This document shows positions 30,742 to 31,736 of a stretch of 31,736 nt of DNA, one piece after another. The notes under the pieces are model-generated. The model searched no databases. It was not told the origin of the DNA and saw only the letters and a program-made list of their open reading frames with translations. Each line of letters starts with the position of its first letter. The first letter of the stretch is position 1. Origin of the DNA: Actinomycetota bacterium (GTDB lineage: Bacteria; Actinomycetota; UBA4738; HRBIN12). The stretch is from positions 1 to 31,736 of the forward strand of contig SIRV01000046.1 in assembly GCA_004366195.1 (NCBI GenBank), in the 5' to 3' direction. The translations under genes and the position numbers were made by a program.

Positions 30742-31736
30742 GTGATGGCATCCCGCGGAACGGTCCTCGTCGCGATGTCGGGGGGCGTGGACTCCTCCGT
30801 CTCGGCCTGCCTGCTCCATGAGCAGGGGTACGAGGTGGTGGGCTGCCACCTGCGCCTCGCGCACCTGGACGGGCTCGACCACGGTTGCTGCGGTCCGCGG
30901 GCGCGGGCCGACGCCGAGGCGGTGGCGCGCCTGGTCGGGTTCCCCTTCGAGGTCGTGGACATGACCCTCGAGTTCGACGAGCACGTGATCGACGACTTCG
31001 TGGCCGAGCACGCCGCCGGGCGGACCCCGAACCCCTGCGCCCGCTGCAACGCCGAGATCAAGTTCGGCGCGTTCCTGCGGCTGGCCGAGGAGCGCGGCGC
31101 CGATCTCGTGGCGACCGGCCACTACGTGCGGACCGAGCGCGGTCCGGACGGCCGGTGGCGCCTGCTCCGGGGCTTGGATCCGGCGAAGGACCAGTCGTAC
31201 ATGCTGCACATGCTCGGCCAGGCCCAGCTCGCGCGCTCGGTGTTCCCCGTCGGCGGCCTCACGAAGGCCGAGACCCGCGCCCTCGCCGAGCGGTTCGGCC
31301 TGCCCGTGGCGGGGAAGCCGGACTCGCAGGAGCTCTGCTTCGCGCCGAGCGGCGACGCCGGCGCGTTCCTGCGGGCGGTGGCCCCGCAGCTCCTGCGGGA
31401 GGGCGAGATCGTGGACCCCGAGGGCCGGGTGCTCGGTCGCCACGCGGGCGCCGCCCGGTACACGGTGGGGCAGCGCCGCGGCCTCGGCGTCTCGGGGCCT
31501 CGTCCGATGTACGTGCTCGAGGTGGACGCCGCGGCGAACCGGGTCGTGGTGGGTCCCGGCGAGCTCCTCGCGCGGCGCGGGCTCCTCGCCGACCGGGTGT
31601 CCTGGGTGGGGGGGGAGCCGCCGTCGGCGGGGCCCTTCGAGGCGGAGGTCCGGATCCGGTACCGGGGCGAGGACGTGCCCGCGGTCATCGAGGCCGAGGG
31701 CGAGCGGATGCGGGTGGAGTTCCGGACGCCCCAGCG
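30742..31736 (+). CDS. mnmA: tRNA 2-thiouridine(34) synthase (3'-truncated; absent from the ORF track because no stop is reached)
   Basis: Translated manually from GTG 30742/ATG 30745: AMSGGVDSSV, TPNPCARCNAEIKF, ATGHY, KDQSY, KPDSQELCF and YTVGQRRGL. Confidence 0.95.
   Translation, partial: MMASRGTVLVAMSGGVDSSVSACLLHEQGYEVVGCHLRLAHLDGLDHGCCGPRARADAEAVARLVGFPFEVVDMTLEFDEHVIDDFVAEHAAGRTPNPCARCNAEIKFGAFLRLAEERGADLVATGHYVRTERGPDGRWRLLRGLDPAKDQSYMLHMLGQAQLARSVFPVGGLTKAETRALAERFGLPVAGKPDSQELCFAPSGDAGAFLRAVAPQLLREGEIVDPEGRVLGRHAGAARYTVGQRRGLGVSGPRPMYVLEVDAAANRVVVGPGELLARRGLLADRVSWVGGEPPSAGPFEAEVRIRYRGEDVPAVIEAEGERMRVEFRTPQ

Overview
A very GC-rich, gene-dense core-genome window, most likely from an Actinomycetota member. 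That assignment is inferred from the glyA-wecA-atp-murA gene order, an IcmA-type mutase, a Nur-like regulator and several leaderless-looking genes; the exact lineage cannot be determined here. From left to right it contains: glyA (5'-truncated); wecA; a polyamine ABC operon with two Tat-lipoprotein binding proteins; the F1Fo ATP synthase operon (atpZ/I-B-E-F-H-A-G-D-C); murA; a CPBP protease; SCP2 / Zn-dehydrogenase / SCP2-like genes; meaB plus a B12-dependent mutase with isobutyryl-CoA-mutase signature residues; a NikM/CbiM-type ECF transporter converging on a Nur-like Fur regulator; an enoyl-CoA hydratase; a GNAT; two tiny Cys-rich ORFs; a pabB-pabC fusion; etfA/etfB; and mnmA (3'-truncated). 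I saw no rRNA, tRNA, CRISPR array or transposase. The points most worth following up are a ~67-aa C-terminal extension on ATP synthase alpha, a stand-alone 70-aa basic Zn-finger-like protein with its own SigR/SigH-like promoter and terminator, the Nur/Nik module with TGCA-rich palindromes beside a B12 enzyme, and the SCP2-flanked dehydrogenase. Family and motif comparisons are from recalled knowledge, not database searches.
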